This document shows, in pieces, positions 35,901 through 47,423 of a DNA stretch of 57,328 bases. The first letter of the stretch is position 1; every line of letters begins with the position of its first letter. The translations under genes and the position numbers were made by a program. The DNA comes from Nemertoderma westbladi (Eukaryota; Animalia; Xenacoelomorpha): NCBI GenBank assembly GCA_032718475.1, contig JAUCBJ010002418.1, forward strand, positions 1-57,328, read 5' to 3'. The notes beneath the pieces are model-generated. The model ran no database searches and had not been told where the DNA came from. It saw only the letters and a program-made list of their open reading frames with translations.

Positions 35901-36225
35901 TCAGACTCGTCCGTATGGAGTGGGTGGACCCCAAGACGGACAAGGCCGTAAGATTGGACGCCCCCCAGCGTCCATGCAGCCTACCGTTAACAGCAAACCC
36001 CTGCCACTAGGGGGCCGCGTAAACGAGTACAATATCTCGAGTTCGCAGATTAAACCTTACCATTCGCGGAACCCGCTACGTCATTGCAACGCCTCGACCG
36101 CTGCTATTTATGATTTCAACGATTCTGATGATTTTGAGCCGGAAACGCAGATTGTTAGGAAAAGAAAGAAATCTGAAAATAAAAGAGGAAGGCCTCGAAA
36201 GTATCCCAAGGCAATAGGACAGTGA
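32995..36225 (+). CDS. Intronless 1076-aa protein with five MYM/FCS(TRASH)-type zinc fingers, two internal repeat arrays and a C-terminal AT-hook
   Basis: Five CxxC-x(20-27)-CxxxC units ending FCSPSC, YCSEEC, LCGDDC, FCTDKC and FCSSSC; KRGRPRKYP AT-hook preceded by a basic NLS-like stretch; AATAAA at 36374-36379. Confidence 0.75.
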   Translation: MDMTCFYEVCSMCRKRVKLNFSISDPETGQAKFNLSFCSPSCQQQFKSEYYGICHVCSKFIVIPQKSSSKALAARGYCSEECGNLFRGNKCQGCNKEFTTQRGIIGTMKQYKNVHQTVRVLCGDDCDKFVNSVLKSCCVSCKLPLEGLNIKQLLWRKAIMCFCTDKCVDWYIRFITGKYSNQHISGTVCSSCNCVIDGDMVPEYSDADAVLDGRAFCSSSCSKRSTRSTSFVQKDISTADIANTGIATVTVITNSDGIDISENVGNIDSVIDTSSPIPQPFYGFDCNYLEFLNRFGEGASCVCKCWVALKNVDNPTALSEVSKIPVPNQIEVPKPGIEVPKPGIEVPKPGIEVPKPGIEVPKPGIEVPIPGIEVPKPGIEVPKPGIEVPKPGIEQPKPRTAKDAIVIGPKKQNPKLDLTVSLSKYNPNHLDPHSISNVLPQINSPQNPYSTDSSVRVPVAKFPKSQSPNVKPSNLREPTSDLLPPNHIDTVHGDDFLDRLIPIGEMLEPLKSALSPNQKRPYSGSPKSMFPKVRFSVPDNEPIDSVSNANDTNNNDLLRSRHCVVSIPSLRVSDRFPSYSSAIISSSPSTPFHSSRTFYSNSHSLRDRSTEGVPVVRCTEGAPVVRFTEGAPVVRCTEGAPVVRCTEGAPVVRCTEGAPVVRCTEGAPVVRCTEGAPVVSCTEGAPFVKCTEGAPVVRCTEGVPVVRCTEGAPVVRCTEGAPVVRCTEGAPVVRCTEGVPVVRCTEGAPVVRCTEGAPVVRCTEGAPVVRCTEGAPVVSCTEDAPFVKCTEGTPVIRFTEGAPVVRCTQGAPVVKCTEGAPMVRCTAGAPVVRCTEGAPVVRCTEGAPVDRCTEGAPVVRCTEGAPVVRCTEGAPVVRCTEGAPVDRCTEGAPTARCTEVAPIARCTEGAPVVRRTEGAPVARCSPRLVSSSTQTFREIEELPPERPLVKLVSISTQTGADLEPVSRSSQTRPYGVGGPQDGQGRKIGRPPASMQPTVNSKPLPLGGRVNEYNISSSQIKPYHSRNPLRHCNASTAAIYDFNDSDDFEPETQIVRKRKKSENKRGRPRKYPKAIGQ
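33982..34186 (+). repeat. Coding 21-bp repeat (IEVPKPG), ~10 copies
   Basis: ATAGAGGTACCAAAACCGGGG tandem units, in frame. Confidence 0.95.
34821..35765 (+). repeat. Coding 27-bp repeat (CTEGAPVVR), ~35 copies
   Basis: CACAGAAGGTGCCCCCGTTGTTAGGTG tandem units, in frame with no indels. Confidence 0.95.
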
Positions 36226-36719
36226 ATACTTAGTAAAGTTGTGATCGCAAACTTTCGAACGTTTTGTTAACAAGAATATGCAATATTATGTAAAAACTAC
36301 TACAATGTGGTGCCCTAGAGTATCGAATATCTGTATGTAACATTCTTTATACCTTTTAGTTGTATTTTTAAACAATAAATTAAGTACCTAAATAGAATTA
36401 AATTTTAATTTGGTTCAACATCAAACCGATTGAAGGCGCAATATTTAAATTGTTGGCGGAGTCTTTATATTATATTGTTTAATTTTTTCCGAATTAATAC
36501 TTAATCATTTAATTGTCGCGATACTGAATAGATGCACAATTAGTATGTGTCGTTTGTGTATATATTATACATACTTAAACCAATGCATCATAATTAATTA
36601 CCGGTATAAACTTATATTAGGTGTAACATATATATACCGCGGGGAATACCGGTATTTATTGTAAATGTCATGAGATTTATCACAACTTTTTGTTGGGCAC
36701 AGCTTTGCAAAGTTGGCAA

Positions 36720-36780
36720 TGACGTCCAGGTAGGATCGAACTGGTGACCTCCGGGTTGGAAGTCTGGCTCAACCCTACAG
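36720..36780 (-). repeat. Degenerate tRNA-like/SINE head fragment
   Basis: Minus strand ...CTTCCAACCCGGAGGTCACCAGTTCGATCC: a B box with a CTTCCA anticodon-like loop resembling the head at 26421-26480. No clear A box. Confidence 0.35.
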
Positions 36781-37925
36781 TACCGTAGGTACAGTAACAG
36801 AAATAATGAGATTTATCGTGAATAATAGATTGGGGAGGGGGGGGGCAACTTTGTCTACTATGCAACTTTGTCTATGCAATTTTGCGTATATAGGATAATA
36901 ATGTATTATTAGTTTCTGTATTATTTTTCGGTTTTCGATCTGATTAATTTCGCTACTGAGTAGAGCATTCATCAAAGATATTTGTTTACCCAACTATAAT
37001 ACATACTGTGTGCGTGGCTAACTGTATCTATGTAATGTAATATATCTTCACTGACTCACTAGTCGCTACGTTCGTTTGTGTTAACAGACTAGTAGTTAAT
37101 ATACTTTGCGCACAAGTATGCGAGTAGTTATTACTCCGGCTCCGGCACGATGTGGATCCCGATTTACTGCGGCCAGTAAGAAATCGTTAGGTTATTGTTT
37201 CATTAGTGCAGTTTATATTAATATAATATTTTGAGTGCAGTTCCATTTTACAATAAGTTTCTATACAAATCCGAAATATTTGTTTTATTTTAGTTTTTAT
37301 GTCTGTTGAAGGATTTAAAGTATATTATTTAGTCGTGTTTTGTTCTAATTATTATATTATCTCAGTTATTTTAGGTACCGGTATGTATACTATCAATTAA
37401 TTGACGAGTGTGATGTATTGAAATTTTTTTAATTATTGTTTAATAATTAATTGTTGAAGTTATTTAATTCGCCACGTACTAATTCCAAACTCAGGCTGAT
37501 GGTTTTAATTTAATTAGTACTTTTAATTATTGTTGGTGACCCATTATTTGTTCTGGCACATATTTAATATTTTGGGAATTATATTTTGCAATGACACATA
37601 AAGCAATTAAACAGTTTTGGCATACATATTATTATGGCTAAATTAATGGTCTAGTTTAATTAATTAAAGTGTTTTATAACTGCAGTTATTGATCGCACCA
37701 CATCCACAAAACCAGTTGATTTCGTTGATTTATTTGTGTTTAGTTTATTTTTAACTAACTGACTCAAAAATTGTTAATTTATCTATGAAAATACCGTTAT
37801 ATATAGCAATTATTACACAGGTGCTTAAATGTAATTTTGTAATACAGTAGTTTTCGAACACAGAATATAGGAAGCCAACATGAATTTTTATATGCATTTT
37901 CATTTCACAATAACAATGACAAACA

Positions 37926-37996
37926 TTTCACAAGAATGCTGCGCCGGGTTCATTATACACATATCCAATCAGACACAATACAGCATTGGAGGTGTG
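37926..37996 (+). repeat. Short fragment of the RTE LINE family found at 49-51 kb
   Basis: TTTCACAAGAATGCTGCGCCGGGTTCATT...ACACATATCCAATCAGACAC...CATTGGAGGTGT matches ~50847-50930 with a small deletion. Confidence 0.75.
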
Positions 37997-38475
37997 GGGC
38001 GAGCCTCGTAAGTCCAGGTGAGCGTTTAGCGTACTGTATGTAGGTAGGGGTTAGTGGGAACCCCTCTGTCGTAGTCGATAGTCGCCCGACGCGCAATTCG
38101 TTACTCAACTTTCAGCTCATAAAAAATCAAAGGCTATATTGCAATAGACGAGCTATAAAAGAGTTGATGAATATTTAGTTGGTAAAATAATGGTTACTTC
38201 GGATTGGTTGTCAATGCAAGGTGTTTATTGAAAGTTGACTATTTATGTGTTATCGTCTCCATATATATAGGCTACAATGTGTTCTAACTTATAATTTAAA
38301 GCTCATGTATGATGAACCTAAACAGTGTTAATAATTTGCAATCTACAAATGGCTTAAATTTTGTCTTACATTATATAAGTTATGTTTAAACCACAATCTA
38401 CTAAACTACAAGGTGAATTTTTTTAACAACAACAAATATTTTGCACATGAACGGCTCTGTTTCACGACTGCTGGC

Positions 38476-38688
38476 TCAGAAGGGGTTTGAGACTGTTCTT
38501 TGGGTACGCATAGTGTTAAAATCAGGCGGCGGGTTGTTCCTTATAGACACTTTGCGTTGTCTTTCCGCTTGTTTATCTATTTGAGTTCGTTCTTTGGCTT
38601 GTACGTGTTCCATCTTGGCTTTACGAGCGGCCAGCATTGCATCCACATCCGGGGTCACCTTTTTCATACCAGACATGGCGGAAATCAT
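38476..38688 (-). CDS. Exon 2 of a putative 128-aa charged helical protein of unknown function
   Basis: Acceptor CTTTCGATGTAG|ATG at 38689-38690; phase 0 matches exon 1; ends in TGA; coding-like composition. Confidence 0.6.
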   Translation of the reverse strand: MISAMSGMKKVTPDVDAMLAARKAKMEHVQAKERTQIDKQAERQRKVSIRNNPPPDFNTMRTQRTVSNPF

Positions 38689-38892
38689 CTACATCGAAAG
38701 AAATTGTTATATTTTATTGGTATTTTGATTAGAACTAAATATTATTGTTTATATTTGGTGCTCTTCGTGGCAGCAATAACTATTTTTACTTAACTGTGTG
38801 GACAGTATACATGATCGGCCTACATTGAAAACCTTTGTACTTGCAGAGTGAAGATGGGTTTTGGAAATAAGATTGCACCACCCATCTGCACT

Positions 38893-39174
38893 GCACCATC
38901 TTGGTGTAGTGGTTGCATTGAATTCATATCTCCTGTAGGTCGTGGGTTCGATCCTCACATGGGCCAGTGCAGTTTTCGTTTCGGCACGAATGCTTTAAAG
39001 GGACCAGCCAGAGCGCATCTCTGCCTTGCATCCTTAAGTGGTAGCTTAATGAGTACTAGAGTTTCCTCTGGGGAGTAAAGTTCTGGGGGGACCGCACTGG
39101 AAATAAGTCGTCAGACTTTGTGCGTAATCCCTGGCCTAGCGGCCGAAGAAAATTTACTTTACTTTACTTTTTAC
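38893..39174 (+). mobile_element. tRNA-derived SINE with a (TTTAC)n tail, intronic and antisense to the host gene
   Basis: A box TGGTGTAGTGG, B box GGTTCGATCC, central GCCTTGCATCCTT...AATGAGTAC resembling conserved metazoan SINE core domains, and tail TTTACTTTACTTTAC. Confidence 0.8.
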
Positions 39175-39347
39175 TACCCGACTACCGGTATAGAGTAAAG
39201 TACAGTAAGTCATCTTCTACAGTAACATTGTCAGGTATGTATTATTATGCTGCTATACTGGCGTTGGTCGCCATATTTACCAGTGATCAATGACATCATT
39301 CCACTTACTGTCTGAACGAAAAGCTTTTTGTATTTAATTAGGCCTAC

Positions 39348-39521
39348 CTGTTTCTGTTGTTTGCTTGTCCTGTCGATATCTTTCATGGCAGCTGACCGGT
39401 ACTTTTCCGTGGTCTCTGCCATTTGTTTCTGCTTTAGGATACTCTTCTTATCAGCTTCCCTTTCTTTCGCGGTCGCCTTAAAGTCGTCATCTGTACCTTT
39501 CATAAGTTCTCCGCCATACAT
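39348..39521 (-). CDS. Exon 1 of the putative 128-aa protein (MYGGELMKG...SKQQKQ)
   Basis: ATG at 39521, 58 codons, donor CAG|GTAGGC at 39347, K/E/Q/A-rich like exon 2. Confidence 0.6.
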
Positions 39522-39997
39522 TTCTTTTTATATTTATATTTCTTTATTCGTGAAAATAATAATAAATAGTTAAAAATTTATTATTTATTATATTTTAAAA
39601 GCGCTGTCAAATAATATAAAATGTACCATTTAACAAATCTACATGAATACCCATGTTAGATATACAGTATTTCCCAAGTCTGTATATTATGTACATTACT
39701 GTAGTGATTCAATTTTCTATCAACAAGGATACATTTATGTTAAACAATGAACCGAAACCTTCTGAACAAAAACCAAAATATTAAACAATTATTGACAGAA
39801 ACCATCTACAGTATAAAAATGTATGTTATTGCAAACGACCTAGCAAGTATAGTGTATGTACTGGTCTCAAAGTTTGAAATTTAATAATTTAAATAATGAT
39901 AATAATTACTGTAGTCAACAATTTATAATAAGTACCGGTGTGACAACGTCTACAACAAAATAATTTAGGCCTATGTCTAGACAACAGGAAATAAGTC

Positions 39998-42977
39998 AAA
40001 TTAGAACCTTTTAGCCGCCACTAGTAGCCCAATAAGAACCTTTTAGCCGCCACAAATAGCCCAATTAGAACCTTTTAGTCGCCACAAATAGCCCAATTAG
40101 AACCTTTTAGCCACCACAAATAGCCCAATTAGAACCCTTTAGCAGCCACTAATAGTTCAATGAAAACCTTTTAGCCGCCACATATAGCCCAATAAGAACC
40201 ATTTGGCCTCCACCAATAGCCCAATTAGAACCTTTCACCCGCCACAAATAGCCCAATTACAACCTTTTAGCCTCCACTAATAGCCCAATTAGAACCTTTT
40301 AGCCGCCACAAAAACCCCAATTAAAATCTTTTAGCCGCCACTAATAGCCCAAATAGAACCTTTTAGCCGCCACAAAAACCCCAATTAAATTCTTTTAGCC
40401 GCCACTAATAGCCCAAATAGAACCTTTTAGCCGCCACAAAAACCCCAATTAAAATCGTTTAGCCGCCACTAATAGCCCAATTAGAACCTTTTAGCCGCCA
40501 CAAAAACCCCAATTAAAATCTTTTAGCCGCCACTAATAGCCCAATTAGAACCTTTTTGCCGCCACAAAAACCCCAATTGAAATATTTTAGCCGCCACTAA
40601 TAGCCCAATTAGAACCTTTTAGCCGCCACAAAAACCCCAATTAAAATCTTTTAGCGCAACTAATAGCCAAATTAGGAAAATTTAGCCGCCACATATAGCC
40701 CAATAAGAACCATTTCGCTGCAACAAATAGCCCAATAAAAAACATTTTAGCCAAATATCCCAATTAGAACCTTTCACCCGCCACAAATAGCCCAATAAGA
40801 ACCTTTTAGCCGCCACAAATATCCCAATTAGAACCTTTTAGCCGCTACAAATAGCCCAATTAGAATATTTTAGCCGCAACAAGTAGCCCAATAAAAACAT
40901 TTTAGCAGCAACAAATAGCCCAATTATAACCTTTCACCCAAAATAGCCCAATTAGAACCTTTTAGCCGCCACAAAAACCCCAATTAAAATATTTTAGCCG
41001 CAACTAATAGCCAAATTAGGAAAATTTAGCCGCCACATATAGCCCAATAAGAACCATTTAGCCGCAACAAATAGCCCAATAAAAAAACATTTTAGCAGCA
41101 ACAAATTTCCCAATTAGAACCTTGAACCTTTTAGCCGCCACAAATATCCTAATTGGAACCTTTCACCCACCACAAATAGCCCAATAAGAACCTTTTAGCC
41201 GCCACTAGTAGCCCAATAAGAACCTTTTAGCCGCCACAAATAGCCCAATTAGAACCTTTTAGTCGCCACAAATAGCCCAATTAGAACCTTTTAGCCACCA
41301 CAAATAGCCCAATTAGAACCCTTTAGCAGCCACTAATAGTTCAATTAAAACCTTTTAGCCGCCACATATAGCCCAATAAGAACCATTTGGCCTCCACCAA
41401 TAGCCCAATTAGAACCTTTCACCCGCCACAAATAGCCCAATTACAACCTTTTAGCCTCCACTAATAGCCCAATTAGAACCTTTTAGCCGCCACAAAAACC
41501 CCAATTAAAATCTTTTAGCCGCCACTAATAGCCCAAATAGAACCTTTTAGCCGCCACAAAAACCCCAATTAAATTCTTTTAGCCGCCACTAATAGCCCAA
41601 ATAGAACCTTTTAGCCGCCACAAAAACCCCAATTAAAATCGTTTAGCCGCCACTAATAGCCCAATTAGAACCTTTTAGCCGCCACAAAAACCCCAATTAA
41701 AATCTTTTAGCCGCCACTAATAGCCCAATTAGAACCTTTTTGCCGCCACAAAAACCCCAATTGAAATATTTTAGCCGCCACTAATAGCCCAATTAGAACC
41801 TTTTAGCCGCCACAAAAACCCCAATTAAAATCTTTTAGCGCAACTAATAGCCAAATTAGGAAAATTTAGCCGCCACATATAGCCCAATAAGAACCATTTC
41901 GCTGCAACAAATAGCCCAATAAAAACATTTTAGCCAAATATCCCAATTAGAACCTTTCACCCGCCACAAATAGCCCAATAAGAACCTTTTAGCCGCCACA
42001 AATATCCCAATTAGAACCTTTTAGCCGCTACAAATAGCCCAATTAGAATATTTTAGCCGCTACAAATAGCCCAATTAGAATATTTTAGCCGCAACAAGTA
42101 GCCCAATAAAAACATTTTAGCAGCAACAAATAGCCCAATTATAACCTTTCACCCAAAATAGCCCAATTAGAACCTTTTAGCCGCTACAAATAGCCCAATT
42201 AGAATATTTTAGCCGCAACAAGTAGCCCAATAAAAACATTTTAGCAGCAACAAATAGCCCAATTAAAACCTTTCACCCAAAATAGCCCAATTAGAACCTT
42301 TTAGCCGCCACAAAAACCCCAATTAAAATATTTTAGCCGCAACTAATAGCCAAATTAGGAAAATTTAGCCGCCACATATAGCCCAATAAGAACCATTTAG
42401 CCGCAACAAATAGCCCAATAAAAAAACATTTTAGCAGCAACAAATTTCCCAATTAGAACCTTGAACCTTTTAGCCGCCACAAATATCCCAATTGGAACCT
42501 TTCACCCACCACAAATAGCCCAATAAGAACCTTTTAGCCGCCACAAATAGCCCAATTAGAACCTTTTAGCCGCCACAAATATCCCAATTAGAACCTTTCA
42601 CCCGCCACAAATAGCCCAATTAGAACCTTTTAGCCGCCACAAATAGCCCAATTATAATATTTTAGCCGCAACAAATAGCCAAATTAGAACCTTTTAGCCG
42701 CCACAAATATCCCAATTAGAACCTTTCACCCGCCACAAATAGCCCAATAAGAACCTTGAACCTTTCACCCTCCACAAATAGCCCAATAAGAACCTTTTAG
42801 CCGCCACAAATAGCCCAATAAGAACCTTTTAGCCGCCACAAATAGCCCAATTAGAACCTTTTAGCCGCCACAAATAGCCCAATTATAATATTTTAGCCGC
42901 AACAAATAGCCAAATTAGAACCTTTTAGCCGCCACAAATAGGCAAATTAGAACCTTTTAGCCGCCACAAATAGGCAA
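39998..42977. repeat. 32-bp satellite (CAATTAGAACCTTTTAGCCGCCACAAATAGCC), ~93 units, with a 1184-bp higher-order duplication
   Basis: Period of 32 (40003 to 40035). The variant block starting AGAACCTTTTAGCCGCCACTAGTAG recurs at 40003 and 41187. Confidence 0.97.
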
Positions 42978-43956
42978 TGCTCGAATCATACAATATACTG
43001 TAGCCTATGCTTTACCGTTTCTATATCGCCTTTAGAAACAGGAAATTCATGGTTGTACAGTACGTACGATCAGAAAATTATAACAAAGTTGAAATATTTT
43101 ATGAAAGTAGTATTGGAAAGTTACAACTTATAATCCTCCGGCGAAATGACGAATCCATATTATGAACATTCTACATACTTAATACCTATTATAGCTATGT
43201 AATAAGGTATAAGAACATAATAACGAAACAAGTGCCGCAGGGCAGCTCTTAGTTCAAGCGAGAGAGCATTTTATGAATATCTTTCAACCGAGTTAAATGA
43301 TAAGCGATGCGTAAGTAATGATACAACAAAAACCGTATCGGGTCAATTATAAATACTGGCCGCACATACCCCCTATAAATAATCACGTTTGCCACTTGGA
43401 CATAAGGGAACTTGTCCCTTCAAGTGGATCAAAACCATGCCCCTCGGCAAAATTACCTGTAATCCCCCATTTCTATGTTTCGAATCATAACGATGGCAGT
43501 GATTCTCTATAATACCCGAGAAGTGCATTATTGTGCCAACATTAGATTTACAATAATTAAAAGTAAACTCCCGTCCCACTAGATCTAGACGCACCTCGCA
43601 ATGGAGACCAAATAATCCGCCTGTTTGTTTATACAGAATTAATATAATAATTCATAATATTATTCACATTTTAGAAGGAAGAGGTATTTTTGGCTCAAAT
43701 CCAATCTGGGCAAATCAACAAGGATAATTAACAATTAAAGGATAGGAACAGGTTACAATGGCTGACTTTAAACCAAAATAATAAACGACAGTTAATTTCA
43801 CCGTGTTTATATTTTTGGAGAGGAGAAGGTTTAATTTTGATTGTGTCCAAAGGTCCCCTAATGTTTATGTTTTAATATTAATTTGATTAAAAAACAATAA
43901 CGTTTTCGGAACTTTACAGAATAATTTCTGCTAATCTCTCTCAATGTTTCGTTTTC

Positions 43957-44545
43957 ATTTTCTGATGACACGGACCCCCCCCCTCCCCCCCCCCCCCCAC
44001 AAAAAAAATTTTTTCTACAAATCTTTATCATATTGTTTGAAATTTGAAACACAACCAGTTCAACTCACCGTCGATGACCCCATGAAGCCGGAATTTTCGA
44101 TTTCACCTTTAAATTATTTTTATAAGCGTTTTAAAAAAGTGTCTATTGCGAAATCGCACCATCCGTATCATTGTTCCAGAATATTATGTATTTATTAAAT
44201 AGAATAAATGGCCTTCAGCGAACAATAATTCTTGCAATCTTTGAACGCCTATTTCTCAGCTGTTTCTCAACGAAATTCAAACATTGTTACATATTTGGAA
44301 TCCTTGGAACACAAGCTCTTTAATGATATCTATGAAGCGAGGTTAATGTGGAGAATGGCGATGATAGGAGATGTGCAATTTCGCAAAAGACACTTTTTTA
44401 AAACGCTTATAAAAAAAAATGTAAAGGCAAAATTGAATATTCCGGCTTCATGGTGACAACCACGGTGATTTGAACTAGTTGTGTTTCAAATTTCAAGCAA
44501 TATGATAAAAATCTGTAGAAAATGTCATCAGTGTCATCAGAAAAT
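43957..44545. mobile_element. MITE/foldback element with ~200-bp imperfect inverted arms
   Basis: ATTTTCTGATGACAC...GTGTCATCAGAAAAT termini; arms pair through TTGAAATTTGAAACACAAC, CATGAAGCCGGAA and AAGCGTTTTAAAAAAGTGTC. No TSD seen. Confidence 0.75.
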
Positions 44546-46825
44546 CACACTACAGTAAATTACGGGTCATGGTGTAAATTAAGTTGGTTAGTTAAGAATC
44601 AACTGGGCTGTAAAGTAGCTGACCACTAAGCCTAAACGTCAGGCGTTAGCTAAATATTAAAGTAACATTACTCACAAAACGCCAAACTCGCGAAACGTAT
44701 ATTATTTGGTAAAACATTAAGATTTTAGTGACATCTAAAATAAGTTACTCGTTGGGACACAAAATGTATCTCACTTTACATATAAACAATCTACAGTAAC
44801 AATAATGATACACTGCGGTAATTAGTTACAAATATATGTATTATATTATTCTGTATACCAGCGGGGAGCCCGTGTTATGTTAAAAGCGTTAGGCCTATTA
44901 TGTCATACTATATTACATGTTTTATAGTACCATTCGTAGATGAATGGAATGTAATTACTTTTAGCTAATTAGCTTGTTTGCCCACTAAACTGTTATGAAT
45001 GCATATAAATTTCATAACAACGTCGGCTATTGTAATGTTTAAAGTAAGTTTATCAGATGTTAACTGCCAACCAGTCCATTAACTAGAAGGTGTAATTTAC
45101 GTACAATTAAAGGTTAATTAGCTTATTGTAATAATACTAAATATGATACATTTATTGTGTGTAACGTGGCTGTACACCTAAATAGAGTAATAAATGGGAA
45201 AACTTAACCCATTTCATATTAATACAAATAAATACAATAATATACAAATAATGTTACACAATATTACATACTGGAGTTCAAATAAAACAGTTAAGGTCCA
45301 CTACATTTTTAATAAACGCCGACTGTTTATTTTATATTAATAATTTAAAATAATAATATGTTAAAGATTATGCGATTACAAACAAAATAAGATTAAAAAC
45401 TTCTGGTAAGTGGCAACATTCGCTCTCGAATTTGGTTTCAGTTCAAAAAGGCGAAAGCTTATCGGCTGCACCTTGTCGACCATAGCCATAAGCCTATAAG
45501 AGAAAGTGTTGAGATTGATATGATTATAGAGTGAGATTGGGTGTCTCCCGACTACATGTGTACTAAATTTAATAAAATATTGAACAAATATTGACATATG
45601 TAAATTTTTGTTTATTACTATTTGTTTATTATTATTAGTTATCTTAAAACACCGGAACATGCCCATATCAAGAATAACAGGTTTTCAGTTTTTGTTTGAA
45701 ATTGTATTTATAATTTTTTTACACAGTATGAAGAACTTCTATTTTTTTAATTTCTTCTTATTATGCGTTTTATATCGCTTATTTGTATCTTATAACCTGT
45801 ACAGATACTAATTTGTTTATTGTTTTGGTTAGATTCAGCCCTTCTGTAACCTTTGTTTTAAGTGAAAACCTTGTATTCTTTTGGGGTAAACTGTAAAGTG
45901 AAATCTAACAGCAGAACGTCTTGTATACTTCGTGGCTCGCCCCACATGGACGGAAAACCAGACCACAGACAAGCAATTGCTAAACAGCATCACCTGTATA
46001 CAAATTTCGATTACTTATGGTCGCTCGACCCACAACTCGCAGTACTAACGGTCGCTCTACCCACAACTCGTAGTACTAGCGCCTCTAGCGGTGTCAACTA
46101 ATGATGAAATTTTAGAACAATACCCGACACTATAAATTTTCTGATGTAATTATTTAAAAATGTACAAATAATATAAATGTTTGAAAATGGGTAGGTTCGC
46201 TTTGGAATGATGCTGTTTGTTTGTGGTATCAATATAATTATTATAATAATAATTTACAAAGTTTGTTTTATTATTAGCAGTAATAACCCCGAAGGTAGTT
46301 CTGGCATAACGATGTAATCTTCAAATCCCATCCAAAATAAATAAGTAATTACATCGGACAATAGGACTTACACCGCATTTCTCCCTTGAAGTATTTTCCG
46401 GCTTTGTACCAACTGTAACTCACACAGATAATCTAGATTATTATGGGTCGAGGTGAATTCTTTCCGAGTAACAACAAACATTCCTCGATGAGTTTATATT
46501 AGGGCCTACCTACACTGTAGATTATCGGCTATAATTTACGTAAAACTAAATTATAATAAACACTCCTCTTATTTAAACACTCCCCACGTCCACCTGATTT
46601 GCTCTTGACTAGCGTTGGTGTGCTCGGTAGTTAGTTAGAGCCCAGCATGGACTCCAATAGAGGACTAGGCCTCCTGGTTTTACGCCATCCCGGGAGGTTT
46701 AAGACCTTGTACTCTTCTTGCTTCAACTGATAACCGTGTTAAATATTTGGAATTTCCACAATATTGCGTGAATAATTAATTGTCAACTTAATAATTGTAT
46801 TTTATAATGTGTAGCTATTTAGGCC

Positions 46826-46905
46826 AGACATCGATCTTAGACATCGATCTTAGACATCGATCTTAGACATCGATCTTAGACATCGATCTTAGACATCGAT
46901 CTTAG
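46826..46905. repeat. 13-bp tandem repeat (AGACATCGATCTT) x6
   Basis: Six perfect copies. Confidence 0.95.
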
Positions 46906-47327
46906 TTAGAGTCGGTTTCTGCAAATAAGGAATAAAGTTGACATACTGTAACAAAATTACGCACATCATTGTATGAAAAGGGAAAAGGCATTATTCGGCG
47001 CTAAAGAATAAAGACCATTGATTACTTATATAAGTTCTTTGTCTGCGCTTGCTCGCTACTAGTATCATAAAGACGAATCGTTTTACTTTTCACACAATGA
47101 TGTAAAATAGTTATTGATTTATATGTAACATCCCTAGCAGGGCAAATAATTTGGGGTCAGGACCGTTTCTTTATTTAGTGAACATGTCCGCAATCGTGAT
47201 ATATTGAGAGAGCGGACTGTAACAGTACACTAAATTAAAAAAAAAAGGATAGTTTCACGCCCTCTTAAGGTGACTCCTAAGAGAAGAACTATATTATTCT
47301 ATTATTCATATAAGAACAAAACGAAGA

Positions 47328-47408
47328 TGGCTGGGGTGGGATTCGAACCCACGCCTCAATGAGACTGGTGCCTTAAACCAGCGCCTTAGACCGCTCGGCC
47401 ACCCAACC
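47328..47408 (-). tRNA. tRNA-Leu (anticodon AAG)
   Basis: GGTTGGG/CCCAGCC acceptor stem, TGGCCGAGCGGTCTAAGGC D arm, CTGGT-TTAAGGC-ACCAG anticodon arm, CTC-ATT-GAG variable arm, GTGGG-TTCGAAT-CCCAC T arm, discriminator A, downstream TTTT terminator. Confidence 0.95.
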
Positions 47409-47423
47409 ACGAGAAGATGAAGC

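Noticed and set aside
36123-36150. Other CTGATGA motifs (347, 30233, 36124, 43962, 50421) as hammerheads
   Set aside because: No stem II plus GAAA plus stem I pairing; they lie in coding sequence (e.g. FADD codons) or a MITE end.
39998-42977. CRISPR-like array
   Set aside because: Contiguous tandem units with no unique spacers, no cas genes and a eukaryotic context. The same applies to the other arrays.
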